A stretch of 64,000 nucleotides of DNA from an uncultured bacterium (GCA_965372135.1 CBDVBD010000001.1:3964-67963), one strand, 5' to 3'; counted from the first letter of the stretch, positions 1 to 10,160 are shown. The notes: generated from the sequence alone by a model not told the origin. Numbers and translations: made by a program.

Positions 1-393
1 TCTGCTCTTAGGACGATTTTTAACTACCGAGGCATCTCCTGTATAATTGCGTTAGACGGTGGAAAAACCCAACGATTTTCCGTTACCAATCTGGGAATAA
101 TAAAGAATCCGCATTTTGCCGGATCTTTGTGCTACGATAACCCGGTGAAGTCGGATGACGGAAACCTCGGTGTCAATCTATGCGACGATATGTCACTAAT
201 TGAAACAATTAAAGTGCTTTTCGCTTTATCAAAACGTCGCTTCCAAAACCGCCCAAAAACAAAAACCTGGTTAGCTTCCCAAGTTTCAGTCGAAAGCGAT
301 CAGCAGTTTGATTTAGAAATGGACGGGGAAGTTATAAAAACCATGAAAGCGGATTTTACTGTCATCCCGCAAGCTGTGAGGTGCTGTCGATGA
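1..393 (+). CDS. Lipid kinase, DAGK catalytic-domain family (YegS/BmrU-like), C-terminal fragment; 5' end lies outside the window
   Basis: Frame 1 is open from nt 1 to the stop at 393. The C-terminal segment ...FDLEMDGEVIKTMKADFTVIPQAV... resembles the conserved C-terminus of the DAG-kinase-like lipid kinase family. No start codon lies in the window. Confidence 0.4.
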   Translation, partial: SALRTIFNYRGISCIIALDGGKTQRFSVTNLGIIKNPHFAGSLCYDNPVKSDDGNLGVNLCDDMSLIETIKVLFALSKRRFQNRPKTKTWLASQVSVESDQQFDLEMDGEVIKTMKADFTVIPQAVRCCR

Positions 394-1448
394 TTAATAT
401 GGATAAAATTCTGGAAAATGTCATTATTGGTACCTGGGCGGAGCATTTTCAACGTTCCAAGAATCAGGTAAACATACCGCACGAAACTGACGCGGAATTA
501 ATCGAGATTCCCGGCGACCTTGAGCGATATCTTGCGGTCACAATCGATACCGTCGCCGAAGAAATCAGTAGTGGATTATATCGCGATCCCTATACCATGG
601 GATGGGTTACCGTGATGGCGTCGATGAGTGATTTAGCGGCTGTCGGGGCTGATCCTTTGGGTTTAGTGGTATCGGTATCTATCGAGTCACACCGGGAGCA
701 GGTGTTTACCAATGCCATTGCACAAGGTATGGAGGACGCCTGTCGGAATCTTGGTGTGTTTATCCTTGGTGGAGATACCAATGAGACCACGGAAATTTCT
801 TTAACTGCTTGTGCCTTGGGGTTTGTATCCCGGAGTAATATGATATCGAGACGAGGCTGCAAACCGGGAGATGCGGTATTTGTTACTGATGGCATAGGGA
901 TGGGAAATGCCTTAGGGCTGGTTAGGTTGGGAGGATATCCGGATGATTATTTCCCCGAAAGGCTCTACAGACCCATTGCCAATCTCAAACAAGGACAGGT
1001 ATTGAGAGAGTATGCAAGCTGTTGTATGGATACCAGTGATGGACTATTGACCACCTTGGATCAGTTGACGAGAATTAACGGTGTAGGATTTGAAATCCAC
1101 TGTGACTGGATAAAGATACTTGCTCCCGAAGTCTTGGAATTCTGCGAGCATACACAAAGCCCACACTGGTTAATGGCTGCCGGACCTCATGGAGAATTTA
1201 AGCTGGTTTTTACGGTTCCTGAAAACTCTGTAGATTCTTTACTTGCAGTGGCTGACTCGAAAGGATTGAACTTGATTCGCATTGGAAAGGTCCAGATTAC
1301 ACCAGTGGTATCTCTAAAACTAACATCGGGGAAAAGGGTTGAAATTGATATGGCTCCACTGAGAAACTTGCTATATACAGCAGGTGGTGATATGCAGCGC
1401 TACATTGACGAGTTCAGAGCCTTTGGAAAAAAGTGGGGAATTGAATAA
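381..1448 (+). CDS. AIR-synthase-related (PurM-like) ATP-binding protein; ThiL/HypE/SelD-like fold, exact function unclear
   Basis: 355-aa ORF with PurM-family N-domain signature (DTVAEEI..., ...MSDLAAVGADPLG...) and a GGDTNET motif. Overlaps the upstream gene by 13 nt. Confidence 0.6.
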   Translation: MLSMINMDKILENVIIGTWAEHFQRSKNQVNIPHETDAELIEIPGDLERYLAVTIDTVAEEISSGLYRDPYTMGWVTVMASMSDLAAVGADPLGLVVSVSIESHREQVFTNAIAQGMEDACRNLGVFILGGDTNETTEISLTACALGFVSRSNMISRRGCKPGDAVFVTDGIGMGNALGLVRLGGYPDDYFPERLYRPIANLKQGQVLREYASCCMDTSDGLLTTLDQLTRINGVGFEIHCDWIKILAPEVLEFCEHTQSPHWLMAAGPHGEFKLVFTVPENSVDSLLAVADSKGLNLIRIGKVQITPVVSLKLTSGKRVEIDMAPLRNLLYTAGGDMQRYIDEFRAFGKKWGIE

Positions 1449-1476
1449 TAATCGTTAAGATAAGCGGATTAGAACA

Positions 1477-2325
1477 ATGAAACTAATGAAAAGATGGAAA
1501 AATAGGATGGGAATTGAGGGAAGAAGAATACTAGTTACAGGAGCCTCCTCTGGAATCGGATTAGCCTTGGCAAATGCCCTCGCTCGAAAAGGCGCAAATC
1601 TGGTGCTGGCATCTCGGAGAATAGACATTTTACATCAGGTGACCGAAAGAATCAAATCAGAGTATCCTGACAATCCTGCTCCATTAGCACTAAAGTGCGA
1701 TGTTTCAAACAGAGATAGTGTAAGCAACCTTATCAGGCACTGTTTGGATCATCTTGGCAATATTGATATCTTGATTAACAACGCCGGTATTAGTGTCTAT
1801 GGAACTGCTGAAAAAACACCTGTGGACGACTTCCATTCCATAATGGAGGTGAATTATTTTGGTGCGCTTTACTGTATGCTACATGCTATTCCTATCATGA
1901 AAAAGTCGGGCGAAGGCTTGATTGTTAACGTCGTTTCTGTGGGAGCGAAACACGGGATTCCTTACTTGGGTGCCTACTGTGCCAGCAAAGCTGCTCTGGT
2001 GGCATTTGGGCAGAGTCTTCGTGCCGAGTTATCAAACACTGGCATTTCAATAATGAATGTCTTTCCAGGTTATACACAGACAAGTATGTTCGAAAATGAG
2101 AAAAAGGTAGGCGGTGCCCACCGACCTCGAATTCCCTATGCCCCCGCATCGAAAGTAGCCGAGGTAATCGTTAGGGCAATCGAACGCGGGAATCGTGACT
2201 TAGTTCTTTCTAAGGAAGGTAAAACTCTGTTAATTATTCAGAGATTACTACCTTCATTAGTTGATAAAGCTATGGAAAAAATAGCGTTTCAATTGAGAGA
2301 TCCTCAGGAGGTGTGCAATGAGTAA
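1477..2325 (+). CDS. Short-chain dehydrogenase/reductase (SDR) family oxidoreductase
   Basis: Rossmann motif TGASSGIGLA, NNAG motif, catalytic Y-x3-K (YCASK). 282 aa. Confidence 0.85.
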   Translation: MKLMKRWKNRMGIEGRRILVTGASSGIGLALANALARKGANLVLASRRIDILHQVTERIKSEYPDNPAPLALKCDVSNRDSVSNLIRHCLDHLGNIDILINNAGISVYGTAEKTPVDDFHSIMEVNYFGALYCMLHAIPIMKKSGEGLIVNVVSVGAKHGIPYLGAYCASKAALVAFGQSLRAELSNTGISIMNVFPGYTQTSMFENEKKVGGAHRPRIPYAPASKVAEVIVRAIERGNRDLVLSKEGKTLLIIQRLLPSLVDKAMEKIAFQLRDPQEVCNE

Positions 2326-3736
2326 GCCAAAACTGCAGATTATCGTGTTGTTCCAAAATCTTGGTGAAAACCAAACATATTATGCCCGTTCTCCGGCGCC
2401 GCCATTAACGGGTGCCTTAGTGGCTGGATTGACTCCACCGATAGTGGAAGTGGAACTCCTCCATGAGATGGTGCGTCCCATTGATTATGATATGGATGCC
2501 GACTTCATCGCTCTGAGCTTCATGGACTTTTGTGCACCTCACGCCTTTGAGGTAGCACAAAAATTTAGAAAGCTCGGGAAGACTGTGGTAGCCGGTGGAA
2601 GATACCCTTCCACTTTCCCCGAAGAGGTGATACCGCACATGGATGCTGTTGTGGTAGGGGAGGCGGAACGTGTGTGGCATCAAGTAGTTGTGGATATGGT
2701 GGAAGGAAATTTAAAGAAGGTATATCAGGCGCCCATTGGACCTCCTTTAGATGACATACCACCTCCCCGCTACGATCTCATAGAGTCGAATTTTGCGGTT
2801 CCGGTGGTAACGGAAGCCACCAGGGGATGTCCCTACAAATGCAGTTTTTGCCAGCTCAACATCAAACCTGCCCCGTATCGATGCCGTCCGATAAAAGATG
2901 TGATTCGCGATTTAACCGCCACCTCAGAACTACCTCTGCATAAACGCAAAATGGCGATGATCTTGGACAACAATATTGGAGGAAATATAGAATATGCCAA
3001 AGAACTTTTGAAAGAGATCGCAAAACTGAAATTATGGGGTTTAGGAATCCAGTTCAGCTTCGACTGCCTCCACGATAACGAGTTTATAGAATTGTTAGCC
3101 AGAGCGAACTGTACCATGGCTTTCACCGGATTGGAATCGTTGAATGAACCAAGCCTGCAATCCGTCCACAAAAAGCAGAATAGGGTGGAGGAATACCAGG
3201 AGTTGTTTGAAAAACTGAAAAGACATGGGATACTGACTTTTACCGGCATGATGCTGGCTCTGGATGAAGATACTCCGTCCTATTATGAAAACCTGCCAGA
3301 GAAACTCGAGGAGATCGATCCCAGTGCCATCCTTCTTTCCATCTCCATCCCAATTCCCGGGACCCCTTTCCATAAAATCGTGGAGTCGGAGGGACGCATA
3401 TTTGACAAGGACCTTTCCCATTACGAAGGTGACCATCTTGTCTTTTCTCCCAAAGGAGTTACTCCCGATGAAGTCTTCGATGCCTTTCAAACCATAAACC
3501 GGACATTCTACTCCTGGAAAAATATTTTCAAAAGGTGGCTAAGGTTCATCTCGGGATACACAAGGGAAAAGAATATATTCAAACGGATATTCCGGTCGCT
3601 TCTCTTGTCCTACATCTTCTTGAAACTGTCCATTTTTCAAAGAGATCATGCTCAACAGAAAGTGTATCCCCTCTCTGAATCAAACGTACATTTCCGTCCT
3701 GGCGAGATGCAAGAATTTCTTGCTTCCAAAGGCTAA
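2318..3736 (+). CDS. Cobalamin (B12)-binding-domain radical SAM protein (class B)
   Basis: CxxxCxxC cluster motif TRGCPYKCSFCQ. The N-terminal ~150 aa resemble a B12-binding domain. Overlaps the SDR gene by 8 nt. Confidence 0.75.
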   Translation: MSKPKLQIIVLFQNLGENQTYYARSPAPPLTGALVAGLTPPIVEVELLHEMVRPIDYDMDADFIALSFMDFCAPHAFEVAQKFRKLGKTVVAGGRYPSTFPEEVIPHMDAVVVGEAERVWHQVVVDMVEGNLKKVYQAPIGPPLDDIPPPRYDLIESNFAVPVVTEATRGCPYKCSFCQLNIKPAPYRCRPIKDVIRDLTATSELPLHKRKMAMILDNNIGGNIEYAKELLKEIAKLKLWGLGIQFSFDCLHDNEFIELLARANCTMAFTGLESLNEPSLQSVHKKQNRVEEYQELFEKLKRHGILTFTGMMLALDEDTPSYYENLPEKLEEIDPSAILLSISIPIPGTPFHKIVESEGRIFDKDLSHYEGDHLVFSPKGVTPDEVFDAFQTINRTFYSWKNIFKRWLRFISGYTREKNIFKRIFRSLLLSYIFLKLSIFQRDHAQQKVYPLSESNVHFRPGEMQEFLASKG

Positions 3737-3812
3737 ATTCAACAGACTAAGTCCAATACTCATAGAACAGTACAAAGCCTTAGCCTTTGAGTGAAATAGG
3801 ATGTAGATCATA

Positions 3813-5588
3813 ATGACAAAAACAATTTACAAGACTTTTTTAGACGCCGCTCACAGGTTTACCAACAATACAGCGCTGATGTACAAGAAGCAGGGTCGCT
3901 ATTCGGAGATTAAGTACTGCGAGCTTGTAGAATCGGTAGAAACTGTCGCTGCGAATCTCGTTGGGTTAGGTGTAAAAAAAGGCGACACGGTTGGTATCTT
4001 TTCCAACAATCGCCCGGAATGGGCGATTGCAGACTTGGCTTGCATGAAACTTGGTGCTGTGGTGGTTCCTATTTATCAGACTTTGCCGCCTGCTTGTGTA
4101 GAGTATGTAGTCAATGATTCCCATACCAGCCTAATCTTTGTAGAAAACAATGAACTTTTCACGGTAGTTGATGGAATTAGAAGCGAAGTTCCCGATCTTA
4201 AAACGGTGGTTATCTTTGATTCATCTGGGATTGATAGCCGAAAAGATTTCTTGAAATTTCGTGATTTGAATCGTGTAGATTCTCGTGAGAGCGTTCCGGA
4301 TGTTGCAGCATCAGGCGATGACGTGGCGACAATAGTCTATACTTCAGGGACTACCGGTGACCCAAAAGGTGTTGTCCTTACCAATAGGAACATCGTAACC
4401 AATGCATTTGCCACCATCAATCGTTTTAGGGTGATACATAAAGATATCATTCTATCCTATCTTCCCCTTTCGCATATGTTCGAGCGAACCTGCGGTTATT
4501 ACGTATTTCTCTTCGCCGGGGGATGCATTGCCTATGCCGAAAACCTATCGACCGTCGCCGATGATGTCAAAGAAATCCGACCTACCATTATTCTTGCCGT
4601 TCCAAGAGTTGTCGAGAAGGCTTATGAGAAAGTTGTAACAGAATTGAGACGAAGTCCTTATCTTAAACAAGCTCTTGTGACCTACGCGATAAAGTGTCTT
4701 AATACTTATGCCAATCTTAGTCATAAAAAAATGAAAATTTCAATTGGATTAAGAGTGAAATGCGCAATTTTTAATGCATTCGTATCACCTAAATTCAGAA
4801 AACTGGGTGGTGGCAGGCTCAGAATTATAGCCACTGGAGGCGCACCTCTTAACAGAAAAATTGCCAAAGCTTTCTATATTTTTGGACTGAATATCGTCGA
4901 AGGATATGGTCTTACCGAAACCGCCCCAATTGTATGCTGCAATTCCGTAAAAGACAATAGGCTCGGAACCGTGGGGAAACCCCTTGAAGAGATTGAAGTC
5001 AAGATCGGTGATGGCGATGAAATCCTCATCAGAGGTCCGAATGTAATGAAGGAATATTTTAGCAAACCCGAGGATACTAAAAAGGTTATTGAAAGTAATG
5101 GCTGGTTCCACACCGGTGATCGGGGAAGGTTTGATGAATCCGGACATCTAATTATCACTGGCAGAATCAAAGAGATTCTTGTTTCCTCATATGGGAAAAA
5201 GATCCCATCAGCTCCTATTGAAGCCCAAATAGCAGGCAGTGAATATATTTCCCAGGTTGTTCTCTGTGGCGATAATAGGAAATGCGTTGGAGCATTGGTT
5301 GTACCGAATAGAGAGCAGATACAAAAACATGCAAAGGAGGGAAGTATTCATTCTAATAGTTATTCCGATCTGCTTGAAACTGACGGAATAAAAGCACTGA
5401 TAAAAGGTGTGATTGAAAAGTCAACAGAAGATCTTCCATCCTATGAGCAAATCAAGGTTTTCACCGTTATTCCTGAGGAATTCACAGTGACTAATGGTAT
5501 GTTAACCCCAACAATAAAACTAAGAAGAAACAAGATATTAGAGAAATATCGTAAAGAGATAGATGCGATGTATGCACCATCAGAATGA
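3813..5588 (+). CDS. AMP-dependent synthetase/ligase (long-chain fatty acyl-CoA ligase-like)
   Basis: AMP-binding signature YTSGTTGDPKGV, GYGLTET motif and a C-terminal small domain. 591 aa. Confidence 0.85.
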   Translation: MTKTIYKTFLDAAHRFTNNTALMYKKQGRYSEIKYCELVESVETVAANLVGLGVKKGDTVGIFSNNRPEWAIADLACMKLGAVVVPIYQTLPPACVEYVVNDSHTSLIFVENNELFTVVDGIRSEVPDLKTVVIFDSSGIDSRKDFLKFRDLNRVDSRESVPDVAASGDDVATIVYTSGTTGDPKGVVLTNRNIVTNAFATINRFRVIHKDIILSYLPLSHMFERTCGYYVFLFAGGCIAYAENLSTVADDVKEIRPTIILAVPRVVEKAYEKVVTELRRSPYLKQALVTYAIKCLNTYANLSHKKMKISIGLRVKCAIFNAFVSPKFRKLGGGRLRIIATGGAPLNRKIAKAFYIFGLNIVEGYGLTETAPIVCCNSVKDNRLGTVGKPLEEIEVKIGDGDEILIRGPNVMKEYFSKPEDTKKVIESNGWFHTGDRGRFDESGHLIITGRIKEILVSSYGKKIPSAPIEAQIAGSEYISQVVLCGDNRKCVGALVVPNREQIQKHAKEGSIHSNSYSDLLETDGIKALIKGVIEKSTEDLPSYEQIKVFTVIPEEFTVTNGMLTPTIKLRRNKILEKYRKEIDAMYAPSE

Positions 5589-6147
5589 ATCGCTTGATAA
5601 TGCATTCAGAATGACTTCGTGCTCGATGATCGGGAGAAAAATTGAATAATTACAGGTCAATATAAATATCATTCCGCATTAGCGCTGATCCCTTGTCCCA
5701 TTCGACAATTCCCCCCCCCGAAATTCCCAAAGTCACCCAATCTAATTAAAGATTTGAGAATCCATGCCAAAGAAATTTGTTCTTGGGAAAGAAATCACTT
5801 GATTTATATTTAGATAATAATTATATTTCATATATTTGTAAAAAAATGACTGTGAATGAACGTCATAAAACCACATGTAACTGTGAAAATCATGCCCTGA
5901 TTCGACAACGAACAACTAATCTATTCCGGGCAACCACTTGTATACAGCATATCCTCGTCATCATCTCTTTGAAATAAACGGTTGTTCCCATGCATCCAGA
6001 TCATTAAATATGGAAACAACCGAAATAATATTTGTTATCTACCATCACTTTTTTCATACACACTTAAAAGACAGCAGTGATTAATCATAATGGGTCATTA
6101 GTGTTAGAAATGATTGGATGAATAATTAAAAACTTGAGGAGAAGATC

Positions 6148-7713
6148 ATGAGAACAAGTGTATTCGCAACCACATTTACGATCATATTACTGGTCGTAAC
6201 CGGCGCATTGGCGGAGGTACCACACCAAATCAACTACCAGGGGATGTTGACCGATACCAGCGGCAATCCCATTAATGAGGTCATCACTCGGATGACATTT
6301 TCCCTGTATGCGGATTCCGTTGGAGGGGGTAGCTTATGGAGTGAAATCCATTCCGGCGTCCCGGTGACCGATGGCTTATTTCGGGTTACGCTGGGAGCGG
6401 ATTGGCCGGTTCCGGCATCCCTGTTCGATGGCAGTACGCTATGGTTAGGAGTCATGGTAACTCCGGATGGACAAGACATGACTCCTCGCCAACCTCTGGT
6501 ATCGGTGCCTTATGGATTCAAATCCCAAAACGCTGATCACGCGGTCACTGCTGATACAGCAAGGTGGGCTGAAGACTTCCAGGTACCTCTCCATGTCACA
6601 GGCGACACCGTGGGAACCGCTATCATCTGGGGTACAAACAATACCGAAACCGGAATGGGCATAAAAGGTGAAAACGCCGCCGGCAATTATGGCTACCTTG
6701 GCAGTGGCAGCTATGGCGTCTATGGGGAACACGTATCCAGCGGCAACTTTGGCTATTTTGGCAGCAGCCAATACGGCGCCTATGGGAAGCACGAGTCCTA
6801 CAACAAATACGGTCTCCTCGGCGCCACTTGGGCTGGAGCATTTGGCAAAGATTTGGATACCCAAAATCTTGGCGGACTCGGCCACAGCCTACGTGGAGCA
6901 TACGGTCAGAACAGTAACGGCAATCGTGGCTACCTGGGCGAGGAAGAATGCGGCGTCTACGGTCAATACGGGTGGAGCGGTCCCAATGGCTACATCGGTA
7001 GCACCAACTATGGGGCATATGGAGAATACACCAACGGAAACTACGGCTACTCCGGTAGCACCAGCTACGGCGCATATGGATACCACAACAACGGCAATAG
7101 CGGTGCCCTCGGTACCAGCAGCAATGGGGTGTATGGCTTAACGGGTAGCACTAATGGCTATGGCGGCTACTTCTTGGCTTACGCCACCGGAGCATCTGGT
7201 ATCTTCGCCTGGGGAAGCGCCAGTGGTTATGCCGCGGAATTTAGAGGGAATGTTATCATCAAACACGTGAGCACCGGTGCAACCGTGATGGAACTGGGGG
7301 AAGGTTTGGACTACGCCGAGGGCTTCCACGTATCGGACGAGACCGGCATCGCGCCCGGAACTGTCCTGATCATCGATCCTGATCACTCCGGTAAATTGAC
7401 GATATCAGACAAATCCTATGACTCAAAAGTCGCTGGAATCGTCGCCGGCGGAAAGGGGTTGGGATCGGGTGTTCGCTTGGGATCCGATGAATTTGATTAT
7501 GATGTGGCGTTGGCGGGCAGGGTGTACTGCAACGTGGATGCGACCGAGACCGGTGTGGAAGCTGGCGACCTGCTAACCACCTCCACCACACCGGGCTATG
7601 CAATGAAAGCGTCGGATTATTCGCGCGCCCCTGGCGCTATTTTGGGAAAAGCAATGGAGAAATTAGAGCGCGGGGAAAAGGGTCAGATATTAGTTCTTGT
7701 AACTTTGCAATAA
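6148..7713 (+). CDS. Secreted Gly/Tyr-rich repeat surface protein, tail-fibre-like (N-terminal conserved beta domain, GxYGY repeat core, C-terminal globular domain)
   Basis: N-terminal signal peptide (MRTSVFATTFTIILLVVTGALA). Conserved N-domain INYQGMLTD...LWSE...VPYGF. About 30 imperfect repeats of G-(N/S)-(Y/F)-G-Y-x-G-S-x-x-Y-G-x-Y-G. Upstream RBS GAGGAG. Confidence 0.6.
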   Translation: MRTSVFATTFTIILLVVTGALAEVPHQINYQGMLTDTSGNPINEVITRMTFSLYADSVGGGSLWSEIHSGVPVTDGLFRVTLGADWPVPASLFDGSTLWLGVMVTPDGQDMTPRQPLVSVPYGFKSQNADHAVTADTARWAEDFQVPLHVTGDTVGTAIIWGTNNTETGMGIKGENAAGNYGYLGSGSYGVYGEHVSSGNFGYFGSSQYGAYGKHESYNKYGLLGATWAGAFGKDLDTQNLGGLGHSLRGAYGQNSNGNRGYLGEEECGVYGQYGWSGPNGYIGSTNYGAYGEYTNGNYGYSGSTSYGAYGYHNNGNSGALGTSSNGVYGLTGSTNGYGGYFLAYATGASGIFAWGSASGYAAEFRGNVIIKHVSTGATVMELGEGLDYAEGFHVSDETGIAPGTVLIIDPDHSGKLTISDKSYDSKVAGIVAGGKGLGSGVRLGSDEFDYDVALAGRVYCNVDATETGVEAGDLLTTSTTPGYAMKASDYSRAPGAILGKAMEKLERGEKGQILVLVTLQ

Positions 7714-7722
7714 CAGGAGGTT

Positions 7723-9168
7723 GTGATCATGAGAAATGTAATTATCATCATTCTGGTCGCCTCCTTTGCAATCATGCTGCCGGTATCGACGGTTTCGGCT
7801 GAGATAGTGAGTAAAGACCAGGCTCTGACGGTGGCAACAAACTGGATTGCATTCATTCTTCAGGCGAAAGGAGATTGGGGCGGCGCCAAGACGGCGGAGG
7901 TAATAGAAATACAGGAATTCAAGCGTGGGGATCGGCTGCTGGGTTATTTTTGCCATGTGAATCCCAGAGGTCATATCGTGATTTCCCTGCGCAGGGAGCT
8001 GGCGCCGGTGAAAGCGTATTCAGCTACCTGTAATCTGGATCCTGGGATGGAGGAAGGGTTGGTTGACCTTATCAAAGACGGCATGGAACGAATCCTGGAT
8101 GGGATTATACAGCAGATAGGTCCCGTGGAAACGGTCCGAACCGAAGACATGGAAAGCATCCTTGAAATCGACTACCGTCAAACATGGTTAGCAATTGAAA
8201 ACGGAGTCGATATGAACTACCAGATGAGCGACACACTGCTTAATTCATCCTGGCATCAGGGTGACCCTTATAATCAACAGTGTCCAGCGCCACCGGGGGG
8301 TGATGACTGCACCGCTCCTCGCTGCTTGGTGGGGTGTGTCGCCACGGCTGGTGCCCAAATAATGCGGTACTGGAACTGGCCCCCCTATGATAATCATAAT
8401 CCACCCAATATTTATGATTGGCGGAACATGCCCGATCAACTTACAGGGTCGTCACCCCAGATAGAAATTGATGTTGTCGCCGATTTATGCCATAATATTG
8501 GGGTTGATGTCGGTATGAGTTACTGCGCTGGTGATGGTTGTCAATCAAGTGCACAAACTTACGATATGGAAGGTGTGTACGAAAATCTCTACCGTTATTC
8601 CCCTGATGGTGGAAGATCGAGCAGGAACCAAGTTAGCGCAGTGGAATGGTTTAACATGATAAAGAATCAACTTAATATGAATCGCCCCATCCATTACAGA
8701 GTTGAGGGACATTCAATTGTCTGTGACGGCTGGCAGGAGACCGGACCGGGACCCCTGCGGGAATACCATATGAATTATGGTTGGGGGGATGGCAATAATA
8801 CCTGGTGGACCCTGGGTGCATTGCTCTTCGGCGGTATCGATGAGGAATACATGCTGTACGGTATATTTCCCAACGTATCACTGGGAACTTCATTTTCCGG
8901 TACCTACGCCAGGAACGATATCCTTCCCTACCGTTATTTCGATCGGGATGCTTTGGGGACGACGGCAGTATTTGAAGCTGGTCAGAGGTTGCAGTTTCTC
9001 CCCCGTATCACTGTAACCTGCGCCCCCGGGGGTGGGAATTATGTCCGAATCCTAAGTGGGGCTTTTTCTTGGACCCGTCTATTTACAAGAGGAGATATCT
9101 CAAAAGGCATACGCCTTGCTGGAGGTGAAGTCAAGTTTCATCCTGGCGGCTCATTGAAGTTACATTAG
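7723..9168 (+). CDS. Peptidase C10 (streptopain/SpeB-like) family cysteine protease, secreted
   Basis: Signal peptide. Motif SWHQGDPYNQQCP...GCVATAGAQIMRYWNWP matches the C10 catalytic Cys region. Lies 10 nt after the upstream gene. Confidence 0.7.
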   Translation: MIMRNVIIIILVASFAIMLPVSTVSAEIVSKDQALTVATNWIAFILQAKGDWGGAKTAEVIEIQEFKRGDRLLGYFCHVNPRGHIVISLRRELAPVKAYSATCNLDPGMEEGLVDLIKDGMERILDGIIQQIGPVETVRTEDMESILEIDYRQTWLAIENGVDMNYQMSDTLLNSSWHQGDPYNQQCPAPPGGDDCTAPRCLVGCVATAGAQIMRYWNWPPYDNHNPPNIYDWRNMPDQLTGSSPQIEIDVVADLCHNIGVDVGMSYCAGDGCQSSAQTYDMEGVYENLYRYSPDGGRSSRNQVSAVEWFNMIKNQLNMNRPIHYRVEGHSIVCDGWQETGPGPLREYHMNYGWGDGNNTWWTLGALLFGGIDEEYMLYGIFPNVSLGTSFSGTYARNDILPYRYFDRDALGTTAVFEAGQRLQFLPRITVTCAPGGGNYVRILSGAFSWTRLFTRGDISKGIRLAGGEVKFHPGGSLKLH

Positions 9169-9232
9169 CCGAGCGGTGGAAGTCTGGTTTTGTTGTGGAT
9201 TACCTAACCATCTATTGAAATGTCGGATTCTG

Positions 9233-9265
9233 CGGGACAGGCGGTGACAACGCTGTCCGTTTTAT
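9233..9265 (+). terminator. Candidate intrinsic terminator after the C10 peptidase gene
   Basis: 6-bp stem GGACAG/CTGTCC with a 12-nt loop, followed by TTTTAT. Confidence 0.3.
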
Positions 9266-9444
9266 GGGTTCATCCCTTCGTAACACAAGAATGTACACGC
9301 GTGGGGATGTATCCAAAGGAGCGAGACTATTCGAAGGAGGTATTAAGCTTTACGCCAACGGTTGCATCAGTTTTCACTGATGTCTGATAACAGATTACAT
9401 GACTAAACTAAAATAATCCTTTTAACGTGGCAAAGGAGTGAGAC

Positions 9445-9927
9445 ATGAATCCAAACGCGAACAAACTAATCTTGGGCTCAATCGTCCTAATGCTGGTAGT
9501 TTGTATTACAACACTATTGACCGCCCAACCGTCCAGCGACAATTACATCCTGAAAAAATGGGCGATTTCCAGCGGGGGTGGGAGTATGAGTTCCGATAAT
9601 TACCAAGCTGTCGCCGTCATCGGGCAGAGCAGCCCTCCCGGGACCTCCTCCAGCACCAACTACACCTTATTCAGCGGCTATTTACAGCCACTATTTGGAG
9701 CACCGGGAGCTGCGTTGGTTTGGGTTTGGACGGACAGCGCCAACGTTTATCTGGACTGGGACGATGTCCCCAACGCTACTTCCTACAACATCTATCGGGC
9801 TAACGACCCCGGTGTCACGGTTGTACCAGGTAATCTGATCGGTACCAGTGCCACCTCGAACTACACCGACACCAATGCGGTGGCGGACAGCGTCAAATTC
9901 TTTTACCTGGTCACCTGCAGCAATTAA
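9445..9927 (+). CDS. Small secreted/membrane-anchored protein with Fn3-like C-terminal domain
   Basis: N-terminal hydrophobic signal/anchor, a Ser/Gly-rich linker, then a beta-rich segment (VYLDWDDVPNATSYNIYRA...). RBS AAAGGAG upstream. Confidence 0.5.
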   Translation: MNPNANKLILGSIVLMLVVCITTLLTAQPSSDNYILKKWAISSGGGSMSSDNYQAVAVIGQSSPPGTSSSTNYTLFSGYLQPLFGAPGAALVWVWTDSANVYLDWDDVPNATSYNIYRANDPGVTVVPGNLIGTSATSNYTDTNAVADSVKFFYLVTCSN

Positions 9928-10160
9928 TTATTTACTAATAGTGCTGTCAGGTGCCCTCACCTGATAGTCATTGCTGGTGAACCGAAACATTCTCACGCCG
10001 GGGCGATTTATCCTTTCCCTAAGCGGGCATTGAGGGATTTCATCCATAGGGCAGCCCGGCAATCGCCGGATCATCGCTCCATGGAATTAAACTCAAATAG
10101 ATGCAGTGTGTCCCGCCGTAGCTGGATACGCTACCAAAACATAAACTTGAGGAGAGAATA

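Noticed and set aside
5777-5977. 66-aa ORF in the AT-rich intergenic region upstream of the surface-fibre gene.
   Set aside because: Low-complexity AT-rich sequence with no RBS. It is more likely promoter/regulatory DNA.
6445-7141. Several 65-157-aa ORFs on both strands within the Gly/Tyr-repeat gene (6445-6885 minus, 6623-7075 minus, 6668-7141 plus).
   Set aside because: They are alternative-frame artefacts of GC-rich repetitive codons (GGC/TAC/GGT repeats). The plus-frame 521-aa protein has a signal peptide and conserved terminal domains.
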